Source of the DNA: Candidatus Harrisonbacteria bacterium CG10_big_fil_rev_8_21_14_0_10_40_38
Lineage (GTDB): Bacteria > Patescibacteriota > Minisyncoccia > UBA6257 > 1-14-0-10-40-38
Direction of reading: 5' to 3'
Assembly (NCBI GenBank): GCA_002773535.1
Contig: PFAZ01000009.1
Coordinates: forward strand, 100,739-155,818
Length of the DNA stretch: 55,080 nucleotides
The notes beneath the pieces are model-generated. The model had not been told where the DNA came from, searched no databases, and saw only the letters and a list, made by a program, of their open reading frames with translations. Position 1 is the stretch's first letter. Each line of letters opens with the position of its first letter. Made by a program: the position numbers and the translations under genes. Shown here in pieces: positions 9,627-18,745 of the stretch.

Positions 9627-10157
9627 TTAATAATCAACTCTCTTTGCTTCATCTCGCTCACCAGAGAGCCGTCTTATTGTTTCAAATGATGGTGGTTTTG
9701 GCTTATCTGATTTTTTAATTGGGGTGAATTTTGGCAAGGTAAAAAGCTTGCTTAACTTTTCTCTTTGTTCTATCGGGTGGGTTGTGGTGGTTATTTTAAG
9801 GAATAAATCTTTTAGAGGCGCTTTTTTCCCTTCGGGCGTCTGTATTTTTGGCAATTCTGGCAGGGAGATTTGTTTTTCTATGCGTTTCCAGAGATATAAC
9901 CTTGGTTTCCAGAGATATATAAATGCGGAAACGGCTATTTTTGAAAGCGGTTGTCCATTTATTTTTGCAAAGGCGAAGGCAGCTGCTATTCCTCCGGCAA
10001 TGACTGCGATAATCGCCCAAAGCCATGGCTTAAAGACAAAAAGGAGGATAAAAACCGGGATTCCCGCAGCAGCGAGAATAAGAAATTGTTTTAACGTAAG
10101 CGGCCCAACAATTTTCGGGGACATGTCTATGAATTGTGGTACCTGAAATTGTTGCAT
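9627..10157 (-). CDS. PrgI-family (VirB3-like) membrane protein
   Basis: MQQFQVPQFID, KIVGPLTLKQF, two TM helices, INGQP, PRLYLW. Confidence 0.8.
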   Translation of the reverse strand: MQQFQVPQFIDMSPKIVGPLTLKQFLILAAAGIPVFILLFVFKPWLWAIIAVIAGGIAAAFAFAKINGQPLSKIAVSAFIYLWKPRLYLWKRIEKQISLPELPKIQTPEGKKAPLKDLFLKITTTTHPIEQREKLSKLFTLPKFTPIKKSDKPKPPSFETIRRLSGERDEAKRVDY

Positions 10158-10160
10158 GTA

Positions 10161-10243
10161 AATTAGTTTAAAATTAAAAAATCAAAATGAAAAACGACAA
10201 TTTAAAATGCAAAAAGTTTTGATATTTTGCAGATAATATAATT
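10161..10243. repeat. Degenerate A-rich/T-rich heptamer inverted-repeat element
   Basis: AAAATTA AAAAATC AAAATGA AAAACGA CAATTTA AAATGCA followed by TTTTGATA TTTTGCA. Confidence 0.55.
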
Positions 10244-10313
10244 ATGAGCTACTGGGAGTAGTTCGTAAACTTATTAAAGTAGCTAGTTAACTATTTTAGT
10301 TGCGGTTGATATA

Positions 10314-11090
10314 TTAGTCGCTGTAGTGGACAATGCGAGTTTTTTGATCGGAAGATTTTTTATTGTCGGAAGACTCTACGTCAACTGAAACTTCCTTGTC
10401 TCCAAATCCAAAAGTTGGACGAGGGTCGAAATTAACGGATGGTTTTTGGGGTGGGGCCGTAGGGGTGAATAGCGGTTTTGTTTCGTGGAGTATAAATGGT
10501 TTATCTTCCTCAACTGGTTTTTGTTCGGGGGAAGGTTTTGTGGTTTGTGGTTCTGGGTTGAATTTTGGTACTGCTGGAGGAGGGGGTGTTGTTTGGATTG
10601 GTTTTTTAATATCTGTGAAGCTATTTTCTTTGTGTTGTTCTGGAAAAACTGGTTTTGGAGTAGCGGGTATGATTTTTGGAGTAGGATCTGGGGCTGATTT
10701 TATCTCAACTTTTTGAGAGCCTATATCCATTATTTTTTGAGTTGGTTGAGCTGATTTATTTAGTACATCTTTTGCATTTATTCCTGATTTTTCAAGCTCG
10801 CTTTCTATTGGTTTTAATATTTTTTTATAAACATCTTTTGCTGTGTTTTCTGCTTCTTCTTGAGGTATGTCTAATTCATTGATTAATTCTTCCTGAAATC
10901 TATCTGGTTTTATATTTTCGGTTACAACTTTTGTGATTATTTCAGCAAGAGTGCTCAAATATATGCCATCTGCGCCAAGGCGTTTATTTGTTTCTATTAT
11001 TACGTCAGTTACTTCTTCTCCTACGAGCCAATCTTTAACATTTTGAGGGAGGGCTTCAAATGCTGGACGAAGATTTATTTGTGAGCTCAT
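10314..11090 (-). CDS. Cytoplasmic hypothetical protein, helical N-domain plus Pro-rich tail
   Basis: 258-aa ORF overlapping the upstream stop (ATGA); ends RIVHYSD. Confidence 0.6.
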   Translation of the reverse strand: MSSQINLRPAFEALPQNVKDWLVGEEVTDVIIETNKRLGADGIYLSTLAEIITKVVTENIKPDRFQEELINELDIPQEEAENTAKDVYKKILKPIESELEKSGINAKDVLNKSAQPTQKIMDIGSQKVEIKSAPDPTPKIIPATPKPVFPEQHKENSFTDIKKPIQTTPPPPAVPKFNPEPQTTKPSPEQKPVEEDKPFILHETKPLFTPTAPPQKPSVNFDPRPTFGFGDKEVSVDVESSDNKKSSDQKTRIVHYSD

Positions 11091-13192
11091 GGTTGTGACG
11101 ATGGGTTAATTATACGCTGACTTAGTACTTGGTATTGTTTGAAAGCGTCTTTTTGTTCTTGTGTGGCTCCAGAAATTTCTTTGTCTCTGTTAGTAAAATG
11201 TCCTTTAAGGGTTGTTTGTAGCGCGCTTACGCGGGTTTTATCGTTTACGGCTTTAGCTTCTTTAATTTCAGATTGGGTTTTCGCAATTTCACTACTTATG
11301 TCTTTTAGTTTACTTCCGAGTAGGTTTTCGAGAGCTTGTTGCATTTTTTCTATCTGGCCAGTGCTTCCTCTGCTATATACTGCTCCGATTTGGCTTGGGC
11401 TTAGTGAGAGGACAACATCTTTGTCTTTAAATGCGTCTGAATCAACGTCTGTAATTTTTTCGGGTTTGATTTTTTTAACTTGTTTTGAAATAACCTCTGA
11501 TTTACTAAGTACGTTACCTTTGTCATCTTTCTGGTTAGGCATAAGCTCTGGGGCAAGATGTGGATTTGCGGAAAGTATGTCTTTTACTTCTTTAATATCT
11601 TTTGCTTCTGTACCCGGATTGGTAGATTTTACGGCATTAATAAATTCTCTGAGGCGATCTCCTTTTTCTGATTCTGGTAGGCCTTTTGTGAGTCCTGATA
11701 ACTCACCACGTTTAATTGATGCATTTAAAAGGGCAACTTTTTGTATATTGCTCATTGTGTTAAAGATGCCTTTGCCTGTATTTTGAACTTTTACAAAATC
11801 TCTATTAGTGAGATTATCGAAGTTATTTTTCTGGTATTCTTCAATCTCGGCTTTTCTTGATGTTTTTTCGGTAAGCTTACTTGCGGCAACTTTTGCGCCT
11901 GGGATGGTTCTGATACCTGGGAGTGTGAGAAGTCTGGCAGTTCTGTCTGCAATACCTCTGCCAAGAGGTTTAGCAACGTATTTTTCTCCAATGGCTTTAC
12001 CGGCTTTAGCGGGAGCGAGTGCCACTCCTTTTATTGTTCCCGTTACTCCACCAAGTACTCTATTTTTTATATTAGTTGCGGTTGCGAGGGCGCCTTTTGA
12101 TCCGGCGATGCCCATTGCATTTCCAGCCCAGAGCGCCATGGCAAATATGCCAATTTTAATTAGCATCGCTATTAATCCACCAAACCCTGATTGTTGTAAG
12201 ATGTTGTTGTCTATAGCAAGAGCGGATTCACTTCCGATTGCGGCTGTTTTTACAAATATATCAGTTGATTCTGCTGTTAGTATCCCTAGATATAGAAAAA
12301 ATGTTACTGCTGGAAGGAAGAAATTCCACCTAAGGAATGTATTCCACCACTGAGACCAGTATTTATTCATGGCAGGAACTATCCATGCTAACCAAACAAG
12401 GGGCATAACAATAATTAGGGCTGTGAGTACCAGTAGACGAATTAAAAACATTAGGGCGACTCCGAAGAAAATTACGGCTATGAGTGTGGCAAATACTACG
12501 GATAGTCCTAAAGATACAAGTACTGAAAAAAATGCTGCTCCGAATTGTTTAAAATTACCCACAAGACCAAGGTTGGATGTGTCTTTTACTTGTAAAAGTT
12601 GTTGTGGATTAAAACTTGCAGCGAGTCCGGTTGCTAGATCACCTATATTGTCCGGATCTGATTTTTGTATAAAGAAGAATCCTATAACGTTATTAAAATC
12701 TATAATCGCTCCTGCTATCGCAAAGCTGAAATTTACAAGTACTGCGGCGACAATAAGGCGATAGAGGAAAGTTTTTGTTTCATATCCTGATGTTCGAAGA
12801 ATTGTTGAAAATGCGACAAATATTATTGCAAGAACAAAACCGAGGTTAGAAAAAGTAAGGAGAATTCTAAAACCCTCTCGGACTACTTCAAGAGTCATGA
12901 GTTGACCACTCATTATGACTAGTGTGTTTATTATTCCTCCTGAGAATGAGATAAATACACCAACTATATAGAATATCCAGTTGAGTATTTGTAGGGCGGC
13001 ATCATTTAAGAATCCGGCCAGATAGCATCCTAAATCAAGATAACTACCACATCCATCAACTGCTTCTTCTTGAGTTTGAGGACCTTGAGGAGGCTCGGGA
13101 ACTTCTTGGGCGTAAATGGGGGAGACTAATAAAATTCCAATCGCAAGTCCAGTTAAGGCTCCTATTAAAAATTTTTTATTTCTTCTTTTCAT
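11087..13192 (-). CDS. VirB6/TrbL-like polytopic membrane protein with long charged C-terminal domain
   Basis: Several TM helices, RLIVAAVLVNFSFAIAGAIIDF, RLLVLTALIIVMPLVWLAWIVP, WSQWWNTFLRWNFF. Confidence 0.7.
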   Translation of the reverse strand: MKRRNKKFLIGALTGLAIGILLVSPIYAQEVPEPPQGPQTQEEAVDGCGSYLDLGCYLAGFLNDAALQILNWIFYIVGVFISFSGGIINTLVIMSGQLMTLEVVREGFRILLTFSNLGFVLAIIFVAFSTILRTSGYETKTFLYRLIVAAVLVNFSFAIAGAIIDFNNVIGFFFIQKSDPDNIGDLATGLAASFNPQQLLQVKDTSNLGLVGNFKQFGAAFFSVLVSLGLSVVFATLIAVIFFGVALMFLIRLLVLTALIIVMPLVWLAWIVPAMNKYWSQWWNTFLRWNFFLPAVTFFLYLGILTAESTDIFVKTAAIGSESALAIDNNILQQSGFGGLIAMLIKIGIFAMALWAGNAMGIAGSKGALATATNIKNRVLGGVTGTIKGVALAPAKAGKAIGEKYVAKPLGRGIADRTARLLTLPGIRTIPGAKVAASKLTEKTSRKAEIEEYQKNNFDNLTNRDFVKVQNTGKGIFNTMSNIQKVALLNASIKRGELSGLTKGLPESEKGDRLREFINAVKSTNPGTEAKDIKEVKDILSANPHLAPELMPNQKDDKGNVLSKSEVISKQVKKIKPEKITDVDSDAFKDKDVVLSLSPSQIGAVYSRGSTGQIEKMQQALENLLGSKLKDISSEIAKTQSEIKEAKAVNDKTRVSALQTTLKGHFTNRDKEISGATQEQKDAFKQYQVLSQRIINPSSQP

Positions 13193-13201
13193 ACGGTTGT
13201 T

Positions 13202-14128
13202 TTATATCCCTAGCAAACCGTCACCATTTTCAATGACTTTGTTTATAGCGGCATTAGCTATTGCTGTTATATATTCGGAGATTTCCTTAGCTGAAATAAT
13301 TGGACCCACTATTCCTGCATCTATTGCTATACCGCTTACGGCATCAGCTACAAATGTCCCTGGGGTTGTTGTTATACAGGTATTTTGGATGTCGCCGGGT
13401 ATCCCGTCTCCATCAATGTCGCTTGCTAAGGCGTCGTCTGTTGATATAGAACTGCCGCCAGATCCATAATTTGGATCTTCGTCACATCTTTTTGTTCCAA
13501 GATATCCTGATCCTGCCAATGCTTCATTTAGTGCGTTTGCTTGGGCTTCAGCTCTTCGATTTAGAATTTCATTTGAGGTAATAATAGTTACGCCATAGAA
13601 ATTGTTTTGAGGTTTTAGGGATTCATGAAATGCAATCCAACCTCCATCACGAAAGTCGTTATAAAAACCGTTTATGTTTTCCACTACATCTGTGAGTGTG
13701 CAAGTTACTTGATTTTGAAATCTTTTAACAGGGAAGAGATATATATCTACCTGAAAACGAAATGGGTCACAAAGCCAATTTGTGTAAGGGTTTGATCTTA
13801 AAAAATCTCCGACTGCTCTGTCTCCGGCTTCTTCGAGAAACCCTCCCCAATCTGTAACAAATTTTGGCTTTCCTCCCCCTTGAATCCATACGATTATTTG
13901 GTCTACTAACTCGTCTAATATCTGTCTTTTTACTATGGCTAGGCCAATTTCCTGAAGATATGACCATAAATCATTTTGATACTGCGATGGATCAAAAACA
14001 GGAACGTTTGTGCCTATACCGATCGGCGCTGGAAAACCTTGGGCGTGGGCTTTAGTGGGGCTTGTAATAAAGCTTCCTATAAGACTTGTTAATACCAGAA
14101 AAACTATTATTTGTTTAAAAAAATTCAT
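13202..14128 (-). CDS. Secreted hypothetical protein of the T4SS-like operon
   Basis: Signal peptide (AHA-Q), WIQGGGKPKFVTDWGGFL, four Cys. Confidence 0.6.
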   Translation of the reverse strand: MNFFKQIIVFLVLTSLIGSFITSPTKAHAQGFPAPIGIGTNVPVFDPSQYQNDLWSYLQEIGLAIVKRQILDELVDQIIVWIQGGGKPKFVTDWGGFLEEAGDRAVGDFLRSNPYTNWLCDPFRFQVDIYLFPVKRFQNQVTCTLTDVVENINGFYNDFRDGGWIAFHESLKPQNNFYGVTIITSNEILNRRAEAQANALNEALAGSGYLGTKRCDEDPNYGSGGSSISTDDALASDIDGDGIPGDIQNTCITTTPGTFVADAVSGIAIDAGIVGPIISAKEISEYITAIANAAINKVIENGDGLLGI

Positions 14129-14130
14129 TT

Positions 14131-14910
14131 TTAGCTATTTTTCTCAAAAATTAACTCAGCTTCTTTTTTGAGGTTTTTGAATTTTTCGCTGATATTGGGG
14201 AGTTCTTCTAAACCAATGAGGGCTTTTACGGGATCTGTTTGAATATTGCTTAGTGATATGTAGATTTCTTTTTGAAGCGTTAAAAGACTCACTTGTTTTA
14301 AGTGTATTTCTGAAATTTCTTCTGGGACTTCTATTTTGTATAGTGCAGTAATGAGGTTTTGGATTCCTTCGGCAGATTTCTTTAAATCACTACTATTGGG
14401 TTCTGATGTTGGGAGTATGGTAGATCTTCCATATTTACTGATTATTTCACTGAAATTTTCTGAATATTTTTTTAATGATTCTTTTGGATTTTGGCTTTTT
14501 ACTACATTAAAGTCTGAAATATTAATTTTTGGGGCTTCGAATACGTTTAATCCAAGGTCGTTTATTTTTTCTAGACCGAGTTTCTGAACCATTTCTTCTG
14601 GGGAACTTGGATGGTCGGAATTTGTGTTCTCTTTTAATAAGTTAAGTGATGAGTCTTTTGAAAATGAGGAGCTGATTTGCTCCGCGAGTAGGGCTGTGAG
14701 GTTGATTTCTGTTTTATTAAGGCTATCAATGTTTTGTTTTTCAAAGCCTTTTTTTGGAATTTCTTCTACGTATGAGTTTTTTTCTATAAACGAGTCGTAA
14801 TTATCTTTAAGAGATATTGTTTTCTGTCTAACTGCATTTGTTCCGATAATAAAAACAGCTGTGATAAGTGAGCCAGTAATAATTACTATGGCAAATAACT
14901 TGTTCTTCAT
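14131..14910 (-). CDS. Membrane-anchored helical hypothetical protein
   Basis: N-terminal TM; LYKIEVPEEISEIHL and DPVKAL motifs. Confidence 0.6.
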   Translation of the reverse strand: MKNKLFAIVIITGSLITAVFIIGTNAVRQKTISLKDNYDSFIEKNSYVEEIPKKGFEKQNIDSLNKTEINLTALLAEQISSSFSKDSSLNLLKENTNSDHPSSPEEMVQKLGLEKINDLGLNVFEAPKINISDFNVVKSQNPKESLKKYSENFSEIISKYGRSTILPTSEPNSSDLKKSAEGIQNLITALYKIEVPEEISEIHLKQVSLLTLQKEIYISLSNIQTDPVKALIGLEELPNISEKFKNLKKEAELIFEKNS

Positions 14911-14957
14911 GCGCGCGTTTCACTTGGACGGAGTTTTCCCCAAGTTTTGCACAATTA

Positions 14958-15749
14958 TTATATCACGCGCTTTTGTATTGTTTTTGTGATATTTATTAAC
15001 ACCTTCATATCGGTGTTTTGGGGGCGGTCGTTTAAATCCATTCCGTTTTCTTTAATGATTTTTTCTGCATCTTCTTTATTCATATTAAACCCATCTCGTA
15101 TGTTGTTTAAAAGCGTTTTTCTTGGTTGTCTGAAAAGCAGTTTTACTGTTTTAAAATAAGCGTCGATGTTTTCTATTTCAGTCTCTTTTTTTGGTGTGAT
15201 TTCTATAATTGCGCCTCTGACTTTTGGTGGGGGATTAAAATCGCTCTGATTTAACCGCATTAGTATTTTTGAATCTGCCCAAACTCCTGTTATTGCCGAT
15301 AAAAGGTTCATGTTTGGGGCTTTTGCCTCTATTCTTTCGGCAACTTCTTCTTGAATGAGAAGTGTTATTTTCTCAGGTTTTATTGGGTTTTCGCTTAGAA
15401 TTCTTAAGAGTTTGCCAGTTATGTAGTACGGAATGTTGCCTATTAGTTTATATCTACTGTTTTTATAGTTTTTTAGGAATTTCAAAGCATCGTCTGTAAT
15501 TATTTCGGTGTTTTGGAGATTCTCTTTTTTTAGTTTTTCTGCAAGCGAACAGTCTTTTTCTATGGCAATAAGGCTGCAGTTTTTTTCGTGACAGATTTTT
15601 GAAATTTCTTTTGTTAAGAAACCCTTTCCTGGTCCAATTTCGATTATCGTGTCTCCATCGTTGGGGGAAGCAGAATTAATTGTTTCAATTACAGCTTTTT
15701 TTGATTTAAGAAAATGTTGCCCTAATGGTTCTCTTGTATTTTTTTTCAT
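14958..15749 (-). CDS. rsmA: 16S rRNA adenine dimethyltransferase KsgA/RsmA
   Basis: LGQHFL, IEIGPGKG, IEKD, GNIPYYIT, FNPPPKV, FRQPRKTL. Confidence 0.97.
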   Translation of the reverse strand: MKKNTREPLGQHFLKSKKAVIETINSASPNDGDTIIEIGPGKGFLTKEISKICHEKNCSLIAIEKDCSLAEKLKKENLQNTEIITDDALKFLKNYKNSRYKLIGNIPYYITGKLLRILSENPIKPEKITLLIQEEVAERIEAKAPNMNLLSAITGVWADSKILMRLNQSDFNPPPKVRGAIIEITPKKETEIENIDAYFKTVKLLFRQPRKTLLNNIRDGFNMNKEDAEKIIKENGMDLNDRPQNTDMKVLINITKTIQKRVI

Positions 15750-15802
15750 ACTTCTTTGATTTGGATTTCTCTCGTAAGCATTTTATCATTACTAGTAATC
15801 TT

Positions 15803-16987
15803 GTGTTTAAAATAATTCTTTTAACTTTGGCGACAGCTGCTGCAATCGTTGTGACAGGCCTCTTATTTTTTGGGGGTCACCTGTTGCCCAATTCCTCATT
15901 ACCGGAATCTTCTCAGAATTCACTACCTATTACTAGTCCGTCTATTAGCAACAGTCCTTCGACTTCTCCTTTAGGGGAAGACTCTGGTAATACGTTAGTT
16001 GCGGGTAGTCAGAACACACCCCGCCCTTCACCAGCTCCTTCTTTAAAGGTGGGTTCGTATTTTTCACCAACTCCTTCGCTGTTTTCATCACCAACTCCTT
16101 CTTTGGGCGCGAGTATAGTCCCAAGTCCCAGTGGTTCGCCATCTACTGATGATGTGTTACCTCTACCAGTTGTTGCTGATACAGAAATAAATATCTCGGA
16201 AAATGGCGCAGGGACAATAGCGCAATATCTGGATGTGTTTTCTGCTGAGGCAAAAAATGTATCTTTTGATTTCAACCGCTTTTCTTTAATTACTCGTGAT
16301 GAATATGGGATGATTATTTTACCAGACGTTTTAGTGTCGATGGGGATTAATGCTGAAAATTTTTCTGAAGTTCAGCAGTCTTTGTCTGTTTATAAAGATT
16401 TTTTAAATGCAAAGATTTCTTTCTTAAAAACAATTCCTGTTACTGGTGACGCAAAAGAAATAAGTAGGTCAATGATTGCGACTGATATTTTAACCATTTC
16501 TCTTATCGATACGGCTCTTTCCAGTGACAAGTCTATTGAAGAAATATCGGATTACTATCAAAAATACGAGAATTCAATAAAATATTATGCCAAATCTTTT
16601 CAGCGGGGGATTTCTGTTTCTTATCCAATTCGTGATTTTTTGAGGAAAATGGCCACTCTTTTGCCAATTTCTCAAACTGCTTTTGCTCAGAGCGTGACTG
16701 GTCTTGGGTTTGGTGGGCTTATAACAGCGATTCAGGAATGCACTTGCACAGCCGGGTTTTTGCTTTGGCTATCACCGGGATATAATCCGGCTCCCGGAGT
16801 TTGGACGTTTTTCTTGAGTTATGTGACTATCGCTTCACCGCTTCTTTTTGCATATCATTCACCAATTCCCGGCGCTTGGATTTTGGGTAATTATCTTCCT
16901 GCTCCCGGACCTTGTCTTAGCGCGGCTTTGTGTGTTCCCGAGGGCGCGTTTATTGGGATTATCGAATATGCTGGGACTAGTTTGTGA
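15803..16987 (+). CDS. Membrane-anchored protein: Ser/Pro linker, helical domain, Cys-rich C-terminal domain
   Basis: ORF 15725-16987; likely start GTG 15803, which avoids the rsmA overlap. GFGGLI..ECTCT..GAWILGNY..C..C..GTS. Confidence 0.65.
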   Translation: MFKIILLTLATAAAIVVTGLLFFGGHLLPNSSLPESSQNSLPITSPSISNSPSTSPLGEDSGNTLVAGSQNTPRPSPAPSLKVGSYFSPTPSLFSSPTPSLGASIVPSPSGSPSTDDVLPLPVVADTEINISENGAGTIAQYLDVFSAEAKNVSFDFNRFSLITRDEYGMIILPDVLVSMGINAENFSEVQQSLSVYKDFLNAKISFLKTIPVTGDAKEISRSMIATDILTISLIDTALSSDKSIEEISDYYQKYENSIKYYAKSFQRGISVSYPIRDFLRKMATLLPISQTAFAQSVTGLGFGGLITAIQECTCTAGFLLWLSPGYNPAPGVWTFFLSYVTIASPLLFAYHSPIPGAWILGNYLPAPGPCLSAALCVPEGAFIGIIEYAGTSL

Positions 16988-16993
16988 CGAGTC

Positions 16994-18745
16994 TTATTCT
17001 ATGTATGTAGTTTCCTCGTCTGGGAGACTATCAAATCCTCCTCCAATGTGTTCGTATTTGATAAATTTCTCAGGTATATCGTAAAGAAATTGAGATGGTA
17101 CGCCGTAATAGAAGATCGAGAGTTTTTCACGCGCTCTTGTCATGGCTACATATAGCAGTCGGCGTTCTTCTTCAAAACTTTCTCTGTAATCGAGGGATCT
17201 CTGGTGTGGTATTAATCCTTCAGCGCATCCGGATATAAAAACTTCATTAAACTCGAGGCCTTTTGCCATGTGTATGGTCATAAGAGAAACCGGATGCCTG
17301 TTTTTTTCTGCGCTTATTTTACTTGGAGAGTCTGTTGATCCTAATAGCGAAACTTTTTCTAAAAATGTTTCTAATGAGTCAAATTCTCCGGAAAAAATTA
17401 TGAGTTCATGGAGGTTTTCCATTCTTTCCTCTACGTTTTGAAATTTAGATTCAAGACGTGAGGCATATTCTGATTCTTCCAAAAAAAACTCTATAGCTTC
17501 TTTTGGGGAAAGTTTGCCACCTTCTTTTGTGAGCTTTTCAACAATGTTTAAAAGTTTTGATTTTGGGATTATTTTGCCGAGTCTTTCTATGCTAATTGAG
17601 TCTTTCGGGTTCGCTGCGATTCTGAGAGCTGATATAACATCCTTAACTTCTTTTCTGTCATAAAATCTGATGCCGCCGAATATTTTGTAGGGAATATTGT
17701 TTGTGATAAGAGCTTGCTCTATTGCGCGTGACTGCGCGTTTGTTCTGTACAGGATTGCTTTGTCTTCGGTGCTTTTTTTGAGTTTGTCCGCAATCCAATA
17801 TGCTTCGCCGTCAGGACTCATAGTTCCTACGACGCTTATTGGTTCCCCGGTTTTATTTTCTGTCCAGAGATTTTTTTTACGCTGAAGTTTGTTTTTTGAA
17901 ATTAGCGCGCTTGCGGCCCCGATAATGTTTCCAGTGGATCTGTAGTTTTGATCTAGTGTAACAACTTTGGCGGTTCCCCATGTGTTTTCAAAATCTAAAA
18001 CGTTTTTTATATCTGCATGGCGCCATCCGTAAATTGCCTGAGCATCGTCTCCGACAACGTTTACATTTTTTTTATTTCCTGCGAGGAGTTTAATGAGTTC
18101 GTGTTGCGCTGGGTTTGTGTCCTGATACTCATCCACTAAAATATGAGAAAATTTTTCTTCGTATTTTTTTCTGATTTCTTTTTTGTTTGCTAGGAGAGAG
18201 ACGGTTTTTTCTATTAAGTCATCAAAATCAAAAGCGTTATTTTTTTTCAACATGTCCTCATATTCTTCGTAAATTGCATACATCCCTTCATTTAAGAAAG
18301 AATACGGGTCTTCAAATGTGCTTTTTATTTTTGATATTTTTCCAGCGATAACCGCGGGTTTATATTTTTCGCCTCGCGCATTTATATTTTTTATTGCTTT
18401 TCTGATTGCTGAGAGCGTGTCATCACTGTCGAATATAGTGAAAGAACGGGTTCGGTTATAAAAGGCTGCCTCTTCGCGGAGGAGTCGTGACCCAAACGCG
18501 TGAAAGGTTCCTATAAATGGTCCACTATTTGGATTGATTGCGTATTCAACCCTTTTTAGCATTTCTGACGCGGCTTTGTTAGTGAATGTGATCGCGACTA
18601 TTTGTTCTGCCGGCACTCCACTTTCAATTAGTTTTAAAAGTCGCGCAGTTAAAGTTCTGGTTTTTCCAGAGCCAGCTCCTGCAATTATTAGCATTGGGCC
18701 GTTTTTGTGTGTAATTGCCTCTTGTTGCCTTTGATTTAGCTCCAT
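16994..18745 (-). CDS. pcrA: ATP-dependent DNA helicase UvrD/PcrA
   Basis: AGAGSGKT, TFTNKAA, DEYQDTN, VGDDAQAIYGWR, QNYRST, HMAKGLEF, EERRLLYVAMTRA. Likely start MELNQRQ at 18745. Confidence 0.96.
   Translation of the reverse strand: MELNQRQQEAITHKNGPMLIIAGAGSGKTRTLTARLLKLIESGVPAEQIVAITFTNKAASEMLKRVEYAINPNSGPFIGTFHAFGSRLLREEAAFYNRTRSFTIFDSDDTLSAIRKAIKNINARGEKYKPAVIAGKISKIKSTFEDPYSFLNEGMYAIYEEYEDMLKKNNAFDFDDLIEKTVSLLANKKEIRKKYEEKFSHILVDEYQDTNPAQHELIKLLAGNKKNVNVVGDDAQAIYGWRHADIKNVLDFENTWGTAKVVTLDQNYRSTGNIIGAASALISKNKLQRKKNLWTENKTGEPISVVGTMSPDGEAYWIADKLKKSTEDKAILYRTNAQSRAIEQALITNNIPYKIFGGIRFYDRKEVKDVISALRIAANPKDSISIERLGKIIPKSKLLNIVEKLTKEGGKLSPKEAIEFFLEESEYASRLESKFQNVEERMENLHELIIFSGEFDSLETFLEKVSLLGSTDSPSKISAEKNRHPVSLMTIHMAKGLEFNEVFISGCAEGLIPHQRSLDYRESFEEERRLLYVAMTRAREKLSIFYYGVPSQFLYDIPEKFIKYEHIGGGFDSLPDEETTYIE

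Noticed and set aside
11139-13469. Long + strand ORFs opposite the VirB6-like gene, and other antisense ORFs in the track
   Set aside because: Shadows of real genes; no motifs or start signals.
4555-14910. ICE or conjugative element
   Set aside because: No integrase, relaxase, coupling protein or att repeats visible; composition similar to flanks.
16060-16110. 14-bp direct repeat TCACCAACTCCTTC, and the Pro/Thr tract near 49930-50060
   Set aside because: Explained by SPTPS-type protein linkers.
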